From Gemmatimonadota bacterium (lineage in GTDB: Bacteria > Gemmatimonadota > Gemmatimonadetes > Gemmatimonadales > GWC2-71-9), in assembly GCA_039586365.1 (NCBI GenBank), contig JBDHKN010000090.1:1-18142 (forward strand): a stretch of 18,142 nucleotides of DNA, given 5' to 3'. A program made the position numbers and the translations under genes. Below, piece after piece: positions 1 to 7,674 of the stretch. The notes below the pieces were generated by a model. That model saw only the letters and a program-made list of their open reading frames with translations. It made no database searches and was not told where the DNA came from. The first letter of the stretch is position 1. Every line of letters begins with the position of its first letter.

Positions 1-117
1 GCGGCGTCAGCCGAGCGTCTCGGCTCGCCACCGTTGCCACCGCAGTCGGAACTGCAGCCGTGGTTGGAGGTGGACACCATAGCATAGTGTGTGGTACCGT
101 GCAACGTTAGAGCGGTA

Positions 118-203
118 TTGGGACAGCAACATACGTTTTTGGGACAGTCCCGCCCATTTATGTCCTCTGCCCCCCATTCTTTGGACCACCTAGACCGGGA
201 CAG
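118..203 (+). repeat. Short direct repeats TTGGGACAG x2 (21-bp period) plus a third GGGACAG
   Basis: TTGGGACAG at 118-126 and 139-147; GGGACAG at 197-203; palindromes GGGAC-A-GTCCC (141-151) and GACAGCTGTC (199-208) in a lower-GC non-coding stretch. Confidence 0.35.
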
Positions 204-479
204 CTGTCTGTTTGTAGCCTTCTGACGGGGAATTATCGGAGTCTACCTTGCTGTCATGACCTCCAGCTCCTAACCGCACCGTTCAGTCGCGATGGACCCG
301 GCACGGCGGTACCCCTGGGGCGAGCGATTTCGTTTGCCGATGGTGTTGGGGCAGGCCTGATGGTGGTGGGGCCAGTGTCACACCCCTATCGGATGATCGG
401 GCGACGAAGCAGTCCCGAGCGTGACACGGAATGGGAAGCTCAGCAGCTTCGCTGCGATAGATCCCAAGGAGGCCCTGCA

Positions 480-683
480 GTGATCCGTTTCCCACCCCAC
501 CACAGGCACATCGCTGATCCCGCGCTGGGTGAGTCCACCCACTGCATCTGCCATCTGATGGACGAGGTGCCTCCCGGCGGCTGCGGCCGTAGCCACTGCG
601 TGAATCGCACTGAGCCAGCCGAGGCAGAGGATGGGCCTGAGCCCGATACGCCTGTTGAGCGCCAGCAGGAAGAACCGGCATAG
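480..683 (+). CDS. Small His/Cys-rich hypothetical protein (67 aa) with acidic tail
   Basis: AAGGAGG (466-472) 7 nt before GTG at 480, in frame with ORF 360..683; MIRFPPHHRH...HCICH...CGRSHC...EEPA. Confidence 0.4.
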   Translation: MIRFPPHHRHIADPALGESTHCICHLMDEVPPGGCGRSHCVNRTEPAEAEDGPEPDTPVERQQEEPA

Positions 684-723
684 CGGCCCGCCACGCGAAG
701 TCGGCTGAGGGGACTACGGCGCC

Positions 724-981
724 TGCCGGCGCGCCGGCTGCCAGCGCCTCGCGAGTGGCCGCGAGCCGCTGCTCCACCTGGTCGCGCGGCAGATCGATCA
801 GCACCCCGCCCGGCACGTAGCTGCGCGCCAACTCCCCGACCTGGTGGCCCTGCTCGAACTTGTCCTCCAGCGACATGTCGGGCACCAGTTCCGGTGCGTC
901 CGGCTCGTGTACCGTCCACCACAACAGACCGTGGCACTGGCATCCGGCAACGAAGTGGCTCTTGGAGAGTTGCTGTGGCAC
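724..981 (-). pseudogene. 5' fragment of a DUF2779-type (predicted PD-(D/E)XK-like nuclease) protein
   Basis: First 86 aa (LSKSHFVAGCQC..LLWW.VHEP..PEL....F.QG.QVGELAR...PGGVLI...AT..AL.AGAPA) match the recalled N-terminus of DUF2779 proteins; the ORF then loses protein-like character instead of continuing with the usual IFEA..F..D motif. Confidence 0.6.
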
Positions 982-1262
982 TGTGGTAGTCCTGGCTCCG
1001 ATGGTACTAAGCTACACGAAACCTGTGACAAGCAGCGCGAACCCGTGCCGTCTTCCCCTGCCTCTTACCGTCTTGTCACGCCGGCTACCGCAGCTCCCCC
1101 CCCGGCAGTTTTCTGCTGCAGCGGATCGACGATGCGGATCCCCCCGAAGGGGGTGAAGTCGCGGTCGCGGGGCGCGCGACAGTTATGGAGCCCTCGTGCC
1201 GAGCAGCGGCATGGAGGCCCGGACGTCTGCCATGAGCGGGGAGCCGCCCCCTCCGCAGAGCC

Positions 1263-1293
1263 CGTGTGACGCGCTCGCGGCACCCCAGGGTAT
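1263..1293 (+). promoter_or_regulatory. Degenerate copy of putative ECF promoter motif
   Basis: CGTGTGA-N15-CCAGGGTAT; same spacing as the copies at 2157 and 5943, sharing CGTnnGA and GGTAT; 92 nt upstream of the ATG at 1386. Confidence 0.35.
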
Positions 1294-1385
1294 CATCATT
1301 GCCCAGGAACTGTGAGTGGCCGCAGGCAACCAACCCGTCCCTCCCGTGACTGAGGCGCTGTTCCACTTTTCTCGTGAGGTGTGCC

Positions 1386-2090
1386 ATGTTGAGGCGTCTC
1401 GTAGCGGTTGTCTCGTGTGCCGCGGTTCTCGCGGTCGCTATCGCTGTTGCACCTTTGGCCGGCCAAACCGGGCGGGTGTGGGTGGAGCCCCGGGTCGGTT
1501 GGCTCGTCCCGACCCGAGACCTCGGACGGACCGACATCGTCGCCAGCGCAGGATTCGGTGTCTTTGAGCGAGCGGACCAGAGCGCCGTTCTCGGCCTTGG
1601 AGCCGGAGTCGAGCTCGGTTCCCGGTTGGCCCTGCGTGCTGCGGTAGATCGCTCGTTGGACGCGACCGTTGTCGGAGAGTGGAAGTGCGTCCCATTCGTC
1701 GGCTGTCCCGACGTTCTTCTCCCGCTGGAAGGTGAACTGAGCCGCTGGACGACGGTGATCGACGTTTTGTACCGTCCGGCGACGCCCTTCCCGGTAGAAC
1801 CCGTCGTGTTCGCCGGGTTCGGGCTCCAGCGCAACCAGCTCGGCTGGAATCAACCGGAAGCGGACGTGACGCTTCCCGCCTTCTCGTTCAGCGAGACCGA
1901 ACCCGTATATCGGTTGGGCGTGGGGGCTGAGCGGTCGCTCGGTCGGGTCAAGTTGTTCGGTGAGGTCGACGCCACGGCCGTCCGCTTCGGCGGCGGTCTC
2001 TACGAAAGCATCGAGGGCAACGTCGCAGCTGACCGCACGCTGTCCGTGGACATGGGATTCGTAGGCGGCGTTCGGATTCGACTTTGGTAA
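1386..2090 (+). CDS. Outer membrane beta-barrel protein (234 aa)
   Basis: GAGGT RBS before ATG 1386; signal peptide MLRRLVAVVSCAAVLAVAIAVAPLAG; alternating amphipathic strands; C-terminal strand GGVRIRLW ending in an aromatic residue. Confidence 0.75.
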   Translation: MLRRLVAVVSCAAVLAVAIAVAPLAGQTGRVWVEPRVGWLVPTRDLGRTDIVASAGFGVFERADQSAVLGLGAGVELGSRLALRAAVDRSLDATVVGEWKCVPFVGCPDVLLPLEGELSRWTTVIDVLYRPATPFPVEPVVFAGFGLQRNQLGWNQPEADVTLPAFSFSETEPVYRLGVGAERSLGRVKLFGEVDATAVRFGGGLYESIEGNVAADRTLSVDMGFVGGVRIRLW

Positions 2091-2156
2091 GGGTGCTCCC
2101 CGTCTGGTAGATCCCGGACATCGTCCCTCACGGTGCAGCGTCGCCCGAAGCGGCCC

Positions 2157-2187
2157 CGTCAGAACTCCCGCCGGCCGGGCGTGGTAT
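2157..2187 (+). promoter_or_regulatory. Putative ECF sigma-dependent promoter
   Basis: CGTCAGA(2157-2163)-N15-GCGTGGTAT(2179-2187), identical boxes and spacing to 5943-5973; directly upstream of the receptor-sigma-antisigma genes. Confidence 0.7.
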
Positions 2188-2206
2188 AAGTGTGGGTGCA
2201 TTATCG

Positions 2207-4711
2207 ATGATGCGACTTCCCCTCGTACCAACGGTTGCAGCCCTGTGCTGCCTGGTGCCCCAGGGGCTGGGTGGGCAGGACGCGCCGGCCGATACCGCGC
2301 GCTCTGGAGTGATAACCGGGACCGTGCTGGACGCGGAGACGGGCGTGCCGCTGCGCGGAGCCACGGTCGCTCTCGCCCTCGCTGCCGACGGTGTCATCGT
2401 CGCCCGCGCCCCCGACGTCCTCTGGTCCGCCGGTGCGGCGACCACGACGGACATGCAGGGGCGGTACCGCTTCGATCGCTTGCCACTCGGCCGGTACATC
2501 CTGCGCGTTCGCCGACTCGGGTATCGGCCCGCGCAGGTGACGGTCAATCTGGCTCGCTTCGAGCCGTTCCAGGTGTCGGTGGGCCTCCGGGTCCGGCCGA
2601 TCGCGTTGGAGCCCGAGGAGGTCAGGGTACTGGCGGCCCCGTTTGGGATCGACCTGGCGGCCCGCGAGCAGCCGACGGCCCGGTTGGCGGCGGCCGACTT
2701 CAAGCACCGTCGCTTCCTGACCAACGATAGTCGCGTCATCACACGGGGAGAGGTGATCGAGGCGGTGACGCTGGGCGAGTCCGACTTGTTCCGCGCCCTC
2801 CAGCGGCTCCCCGGTGTTGCGACGCGCGACGACTTCACGGCCGAGCTGTGGACGCGTGGCGCCCCGTGGACCCAAACGCGCGTCTACTTCGACGGGATGC
2901 CGCTGTACAATCCGGTCCACACGTCCGGCATCTTCTCAGCAGTGAATCCCGACGCGTTGGGCGCGGTGATCTTCCTCCCGGGTGTCCGGTCGCCGGCGGT
3001 CGGAGAAGGCGCGGCGGCCGTGATCGATCTCCACTCGCGCCCCGCGGCCGCCGAGCGGTGGTCCGGCGCGGTGGAACTGTCGGCGGTGAGCACGAGGGCG
3101 ACCCTCGACCGGCGCTTCGACGGCGGACGCGGGGGGATCATGCTCGCCGCCCGGCGCTCGTACGTCGACCTCTTGATGGAAGCTCTCGCCGGCGTCACCG
3201 GGGATTCGGCGCTACGGATTCCGTATGCGTTCTTGGACGGCGCCGCCCGCGTATCGCTTCCCATCGGACGTGTGGCCCTCGTCGAGGCGAGCGGCATGAT
3301 GGCGTGGGACCACTTGGGGGGCGACGTGCGGAACCTGATACGGGGGTCGGACGGTTCGTGGGGCAACACCACGGGACGCGTCAGCGTCGTGGCCCCTTTG
3401 GGCGATCTGCTCACGCGGACCACTATCGGGGCTACCTGGTTCCGCGGCCACGTCGACCGTCCGTCGGCCGCGCAACTGCCGCTGGCGGACAGCGCACCGG
3501 TTCACGCGCGGACGAACAACCAGCTCGACTACACCAGGGTCGAGACGGTGATAGAGGGCTCCTCGGCGGGCGACCGGAGCGGATGGTCGGCGGGAATCCA
3601 GCTGGAGAACCAGGTGCAGTTCTACGATGGCCCGTACCCGCGGCCCTATCCGTCGGACATCGTGTACGATTCGCTCCAGGTCACGGCGCGGCGCTCTTCA
3701 ATCGCGCTGTGGGGTGACACGCGCTGGTCGATCGGGAACGCATTCACCGTCGACATCGGGCTGCGAGCCCAGCTGGGTGACTCGGCTCCCAACGCCGCGG
3801 CCGTCACACTCTCGCCTCGCCTGGCTGCCCGCTATGTGATCGCCGCCGGGCGGGCCACGGCCTCGGTCGGGTACGGACGGTCCTACCAGTACGCCCAGGC
3901 GGTCGCGCCCGCCGGACCGGACATCGGTCCGGACCTGCACCTGACCGACGTGTGGCTGCTGGCTGGAGGCGCGGTGCCCGCCCTGCGATCCGATGTCTTC
4001 ACGCTCGGGATCGAGGGATGGCTCTCGGGTGCGTGGTTGGGAAGCATCAACCTGTACCAGCGGTCTGCGGTGGGGATGACGGTACCGGATCCCACGCCCG
4101 GCCTGTACACGAACATGCGGCCCGTCTTCGTGTCTGGCCGGAACACAGCGTGGGGTGTGGAGTTGTCGGCCCGCAAGCTGGTGGGCCGATGGACGGCATC
4201 GGTTGGCTACACCTACGGGTTCTCCACGATCGAGGCCGAAGGACTGGTCTATTCGTCACCCGCCGATCGGCGAGGAGTCCTCGACGGGACGGTCTTGCAC
4301 GGCGTCAGCCAATCGTTGCGGGTGGGGGGTGCGCTCTCGGTGGCGAGCGGCCAGCCCTTCACTCGCTTCGTCATCCAAACGCTCCCGTGCGACACGATCG
4401 CCGGTCCGTGTCCACCGCCCGCGGGCGCCCTGACCATCGAGCAGCCCAATGCGGAACGGGTTCCGACCTACGCAACCGCGAGCCTTTTGGCCGACTGGCA
4501 CCAGGCATTTCGCGGCTGGGAGTTAAGAGTGTACCTCCAGATGCGCAACGTGCTGAACCGCCGCAACGCGGTCACCTATGCAGGCTCGCTGGGAGGTTGC
4601 GAGCAACCGCCCTCCGGTCTCGTGGCGATCAAGCGCCCCGACGGGATCTGCGATCTGTTCGACAGAGGTTTGCCGTTGTTACCGCTCGCAGGGGTGACCG
4701 TCGCCTTCTGA
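2207..4711 (+). CDS. TonB-dependent receptor with N-terminal carboxypeptidase-regulatory-like domain
   Basis: Signal peptide; G.ITGTVLDAETG.PL.GATV...TD.QGRY.F..LP.GRY.L.V.RLGY domain; plug motif DLFRALQRLPGV...RG....QT.VYFDGMPLYNP.H..GIFS..NPDA; barrel ends in VTVAF. ATG 2207 preferred over GTG 2192 because of the promoter position. Confidence 0.85.
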   Translation: MMRLPLVPTVAALCCLVPQGLGGQDAPADTARSGVITGTVLDAETGVPLRGATVALALAADGVIVARAPDVLWSAGAATTTDMQGRYRFDRLPLGRYILRVRRLGYRPAQVTVNLARFEPFQVSVGLRVRPIALEPEEVRVLAAPFGIDLAAREQPTARLAAADFKHRRFLTNDSRVITRGEVIEAVTLGESDLFRALQRLPGVATRDDFTAELWTRGAPWTQTRVYFDGMPLYNPVHTSGIFSAVNPDALGAVIFLPGVRSPAVGEGAAAVIDLHSRPAAAERWSGAVELSAVSTRATLDRRFDGGRGGIMLAARRSYVDLLMEALAGVTGDSALRIPYAFLDGAARVSLPIGRVALVEASGMMAWDHLGGDVRNLIRGSDGSWGNTTGRVSVVAPLGDLLTRTTIGATWFRGHVDRPSAAQLPLADSAPVHARTNNQLDYTRVETVIEGSSAGDRSGWSAGIQLENQVQFYDGPYPRPYPSDIVYDSLQVTARRSSIALWGDTRWSIGNAFTVDIGLRAQLGDSAPNAAAVTLSPRLAARYVIAAGRATASVGYGRSYQYAQAVAPAGPDIGPDLHLTDVWLLAGGAVPALRSDVFTLGIEGWLSGAWLGSINLYQRSAVGMTVPDPTPGLYTNMRPVFVSGRNTAWGVELSARKLVGRWTASVGYTYGFSTIEAEGLVYSSPADRRGVLDGTVLHGVSQSLRVGGALSVASGQPFTRFVIQTLPCDTIAGPCPPPAGALTIEQPNAERVPTYATASLLADWHQAFRGWELRVYLQMRNVLNRRNAVTYAGSLGGCEQPPSGLVAIKRPDGICDLFDRGLPLLPLAGVTVAF

Positions 4712-4721
4712 CCGCGAACTC

Positions 4722-5213
4722 GTGCTCGCCGCGTTGCACGAGCACCGCGCGCCCCTGTTTCGCTACGTGGCGAGGCTCACCGGCGACGCGGACGTGGCGG
4801 AAGAGGTCGTGCAAGAGACGTTCGCCCGGCTGGTCACTCGGTCGCCCCAGCGCCTGGTCGATCTGCGGCCGTGGCTGTTCACGGTCGCGACGCGCTTGGT
4901 CAGGGATGAGGGTCGGCGCTCTCGGCGGCGCTTGCGACTGCTCGGGGCGCGGCCCCAGCGCCAACCGCTGGGCGACCCGCCGGACGACCCGGCGAGTAGC
5001 GCCGTGCGGGCCGACCTGCGCGCGAAGGTGCGGGCGGCGCTCGCCGGATTGCCGCAGCGGGACCGGACGGTGCTGCTGTTGCGAGAATCGGGGTTCTCGC
5101 ACCGGGAGATCGCGGAGGCGGTCGGAACGACCACGAAGTCGGTGGGGACAATGATCGCGCGGGCGCTGGACAGGCTCGCCCGAGAGCTCGCGCTGGACGC
5201 GGAGGACGTATGA
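4722..5213 (+). CDS. ECF RNA polymerase sigma factor (sigma-70 family, SigX-like C-terminus)
   Basis: Region 2 LFRYVARLTGD..VAEEVVQETFARL...WLFTVATRLVRD; region 4 L..LPQRDRTVLLLRESGFSHREIAEAVGTTTKSVGTMIARA. Confidence 0.92.
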   Translation: MLAALHEHRAPLFRYVARLTGDADVAEEVVQETFARLVTRSPQRLVDLRPWLFTVATRLVRDEGRRSRRRLRLLGARPQRQPLGDPPDDPASSAVRADLRAKVRAALAGLPQRDRTVLLLRESGFSHREIAEAVGTTTKSVGTMIARALDRLARELALDAEDV

Positions 5214-5938
5214 CGGCTCACCTGCAAGACGCTACGCTCGTGCGGCAGCTCGACGGAGCACTCGAGGACGACGAGATCGCGATCGTCCCGCTGCACCTCG
5301 CATCCTGCGGCGCGTGCGCCGAGCGGCTCGCCACACTGGGCCGGCGGTTTGAGCGGCTCGGCGAACTGCTGGCCGCAACCGACGTCCCGGTGCCGACCAC
5401 GGCGCTGCGCGCCCCACGGCGGTTTGTGCCCCAACGGGCAGGCGCGGCCGCGGCCGTCGTGCTGGCGTTCGCGACCGGCGTGGTGGCGGTCCGGCCGGCC
5501 CGAGCCTGGATCGTCGAGCGATCCGTCGAGCTGTGGACGCTCGTGACCGGTGGCGCCGAGGCTGCCCCCGCCGTGGACGAGGGGCCGGCCGCCCCCACGG
5601 CCACGGCTGCCGCGGTGTCGTTCACGCCCTCCGGTCAGCAGTTCCTCATCCGCGTTACAGGGTATCAGCTGGCCGGAACGGTCACGGTGGAAACGGCCGC
5701 GGTATCCGAAGTGACGGCGGAGGTGCGGGGCGGTGGCGAGACCGAGGATATCGTGGTGCTGCCGGACGGACTGCGGATCGTCAATGCCGGCCAGTCGACT
5801 GCTGATTACCACGTCTTGGTGCCCGCGACGCTCCGCGAGATCACCGTCGAGGTTGCGGGCCGCGTGGCAGCCAGGTTGGAGCCAAGCGGGGCCCTGTCGA
5901 CCTGGACGGTATTGTTGCGAGCGAACCGCGCGGGCTAG
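5210..5938 (+). CDS. Zinc-binding (ZAS / zf-HC2) membrane anti-sigma factor
   Basis: ATGA overlap with the sigma stop; H4 plus HxxxCxxC (HLASCGAC); hydrophobic segment AAAAVVLAFATGVVAV; beta-rich C-terminal domain. Confidence 0.85.
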   Translation: MTAHLQDATLVRQLDGALEDDEIAIVPLHLASCGACAERLATLGRRFERLGELLAATDVPVPTTALRAPRRFVPQRAGAAAAVVLAFATGVVAVRPARAWIVERSVELWTLVTGGAEAAPAVDEGPAAPTATAAAVSFTPSGQQFLIRVTGYQLAGTVTVETAAVSEVTAEVRGGGETEDIVVLPDGLRIVNAGQSTADYHVLVPATLREITVEVAGRVAARLEPSGALSTWTVLLRANRAG

Positions 5939-5942
5939 ATCA

Positions 5943-5973
5943 CGTCAGACACCGGATCGTTGGCGCGTGGTAT
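5943..5973 (+). promoter_or_regulatory. Putative ECF sigma-dependent promoter
   Basis: CGTCAGA(5943-5949)-N15-GCGTGGTAT(5965-5973), matching 2157-2187; lies in the 79-bp gap before the lipoprotein gene. Confidence 0.7.
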
Positions 5974-6017
5974 GTGAGAAGCAACTCATGCACTGGTGGG
6001 CCGAGACGGAGGGACAT

Positions 6018-7475
6018 ATGCGAGTCAAGACCTTGGCGGGATGGAACCTCGCGGCGCTGGTAGCCTTGGCGCTGGCGGCGGGGTGTGACTCCGGACCCGA
6101 GGGGCCGGAGTTCGCGGGTACGCGCGTATTGCTCACGGATGCGCCGTTCCCGTTCGATGAGGTCTCCCGCGTGGATGTGTACATCGTGAGCGTGGACGCG
6201 GCGGAAACTGCGGATACGACGGGCGGAGGGGGACCGTGGACCAACATCGTCACGCCGCGCCAGCGTTTCAACCTGCTCGACCTGCAGCGGGGCACGACGG
6301 CAATCGTGGGCGAGGGCGACCTCCCGGCCGGGCATTACCAAGCGGTGCGGGTGGTGATCGACACCGACTCGTCGTCGGTCTCGTACCGAGGCGGCGGTCT
6401 CGCCGAGGTTCATTGGCCGGTGGCCGGGGAACTGGCACTTCACGCGCTGGTGGAGGAGCCCGTTGCGGTTCCAGAGAGTGGCAGCGAGATCGTCATCGAC
6501 TTCGACGTCGGCAGGAGCTTCTGGGTGAACGAGTGGCAGGCCGACTCGATCGGGCCGCCCGGCTGGGGGCCGGACTTCTTCTTCGTTCCGTGGATCCGGG
6601 CGGTAAACGAGGCGGCGACCGGCGGCATCGTCGGACGGTTGCTGGGAGACGCCGACGGAGACGGCACGCCGGAACCCATCGAGAACGCCACCGTGAGCGT
6701 GCTGCGGGGCGACGTACTGGCCGGACCGCTCACGTGGTGGACGGTGGCGACCGGTGCCACGGACGCGAACGGTGATTTCAAGATCGACTTCCTACTACCC
6801 GGCAGCTACATCGTGCGCGCTACGCCGCCGCGTGCCGTGCCACTGGGCGCGGCCACGGTGACCGGTGTCGCGGTCACCGTCGGCAGGGACGCCAGCGTTC
6901 CCTTGGTGCTCGCCAGCGCCGAGGCCGCCTCGGTGGAGATCGTGGGCCCGAGTCAGGTCGAGGTCGGGCATGAGATCGCGTTGCGCGCGGTGGTGCTCGA
7001 CGCGAACGGTGATACCCTCACGGGACAGCCGATCTCTTGGCTGTATGGGCCGCGGGACGTGGCCGACATCCACGATCAGGGCGGCGGCATACCGACGGGG
7101 GAATTCGCCCTGGTCAAGGGTCTCATGGCCGGGGTGGTCTCGATCCTCGCGTCCAGCTTTGACCTGTTCGATTCGACGTCGGTTACGGTGGTGGATCCCA
7201 ATGCGCCGCCCGTGCATACGGTGGAGCTCACGCCGGCGGCTGTGACGCTCAACGTATACGACAGCCTGATGATAGCGGTCACGCTCAAGGACGAGCAGGG
7301 GAACGTACTCGGGCCGCGCGCCGTGGGGTGGGCGGTGAGCGACACCGCGGTCGTGCAACTCATCTTCACATCGCCGAGTCACGCGAGCGTAGCCGCGGTG
7401 GCTCCGGGGACGGCCAGCGTTACCGCCACCAGCGAAGGCAAGAGCGGCACGGCAACGGTGACGGTGAACAACTAG
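6018..7475 (+). CDS. DUF4382-domain lipoprotein with carboxypeptidase-regulatory-like and Ig-like (Big_2) domains (485 aa)
   Basis: GGAGG RBS before ATG 6018; lipobox LAAGC; VLLTDAPFP...FNLLDLQ.G...LPAG.Y..VR...IVIDFDVGRSF (DUF4382); two Ig-like repeats, the last ending A.APGTASVTATSEGKSGTATVTV. Confidence 0.85.
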   Translation: MRVKTLAGWNLAALVALALAAGCDSGPEGPEFAGTRVLLTDAPFPFDEVSRVDVYIVSVDAAETADTTGGGGPWTNIVTPRQRFNLLDLQRGTTAIVGEGDLPAGHYQAVRVVIDTDSSSVSYRGGGLAEVHWPVAGELALHALVEEPVAVPESGSEIVIDFDVGRSFWVNEWQADSIGPPGWGPDFFFVPWIRAVNEAATGGIVGRLLGDADGDGTPEPIENATVSVLRGDVLAGPLTWWTVATGATDANGDFKIDFLLPGSYIVRATPPRAVPLGAATVTGVAVTVGRDASVPLVLASAEAASVEIVGPSQVEVGHEIALRAVVLDANGDTLTGQPISWLYGPRDVADIHDQGGGIPTGEFALVKGLMAGVVSILASSFDLFDSTSVTVVDPNAPPVHTVELTPAAVTLNVYDSLMIAVTLKDEQGNVLGPRAVGWAVSDTAVVQLIFTSPSHASVAAVAPGTASVTATSEGKSGTATVTVNN

Positions 7476-7548
7476 GAAGCGGACCCGCGGTCCAGCTAGC
7501 GGTGTCGCACACACCGCAGAAGGGCGTCAAGATAAGTCAGGAAACGCT

Positions 7549-7584
7549 GATTTCTGTCTCATTCGGGCCGATGAGGCAGGAATC
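7549..7584 (+). terminator. Long hairpin, likely terminator of the + strand cluster
   Basis: GATTTCTGTCTCAT/ATGAGGCAGGAATC forms a 14-bp stem with two G-U pairs (fully paired only on +), followed by TGTTGCTCT. Confidence 0.5.
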
Positions 7585-7674
7585 TGTTGCTCTCGCTTGG
7601 CAGAGAAGGCCTTGTAGGTGTTATGTGGAAGCGCGGTGCCGCCTTCGACGGTACCGCTGTCAGTTCCACCGGCA

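Noticed and set aside
1..189. Possible gene starts reading leftward at the window edge
   Set aside because: Too little sequence and no recognisable motif in any frame
283..723. C-terminal part of ORF 283..981
   Set aside because: Not protein-like after residue 86; read-through beyond the truncation
714..723. CTACGGCGCC at the DUF2779 breakpoint resembling the CTACGGCGTC leader unit
   Set aside because: A single 9/10 match in GC-rich DNA is expected by chance
1299..1316. TTGCCCAGGAACTGTGAG resembling part of a cobalamin riboswitch upstream of a TonB receptor
   Set aside because: No GGGAA..GGTG.AA.CC element and no B12 box nearby
5733..6017. N-terminal extension of the 580-aa ORF
   Set aside because: Overlaps the anti-sigma gene and the promoter; RBS and lipoprotein signal place the start at 6018
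7604..7631. TTATGT resembling a XerD arm of a dif site
   Set aside because: The rest of the arm does not match and there is no XerC arm
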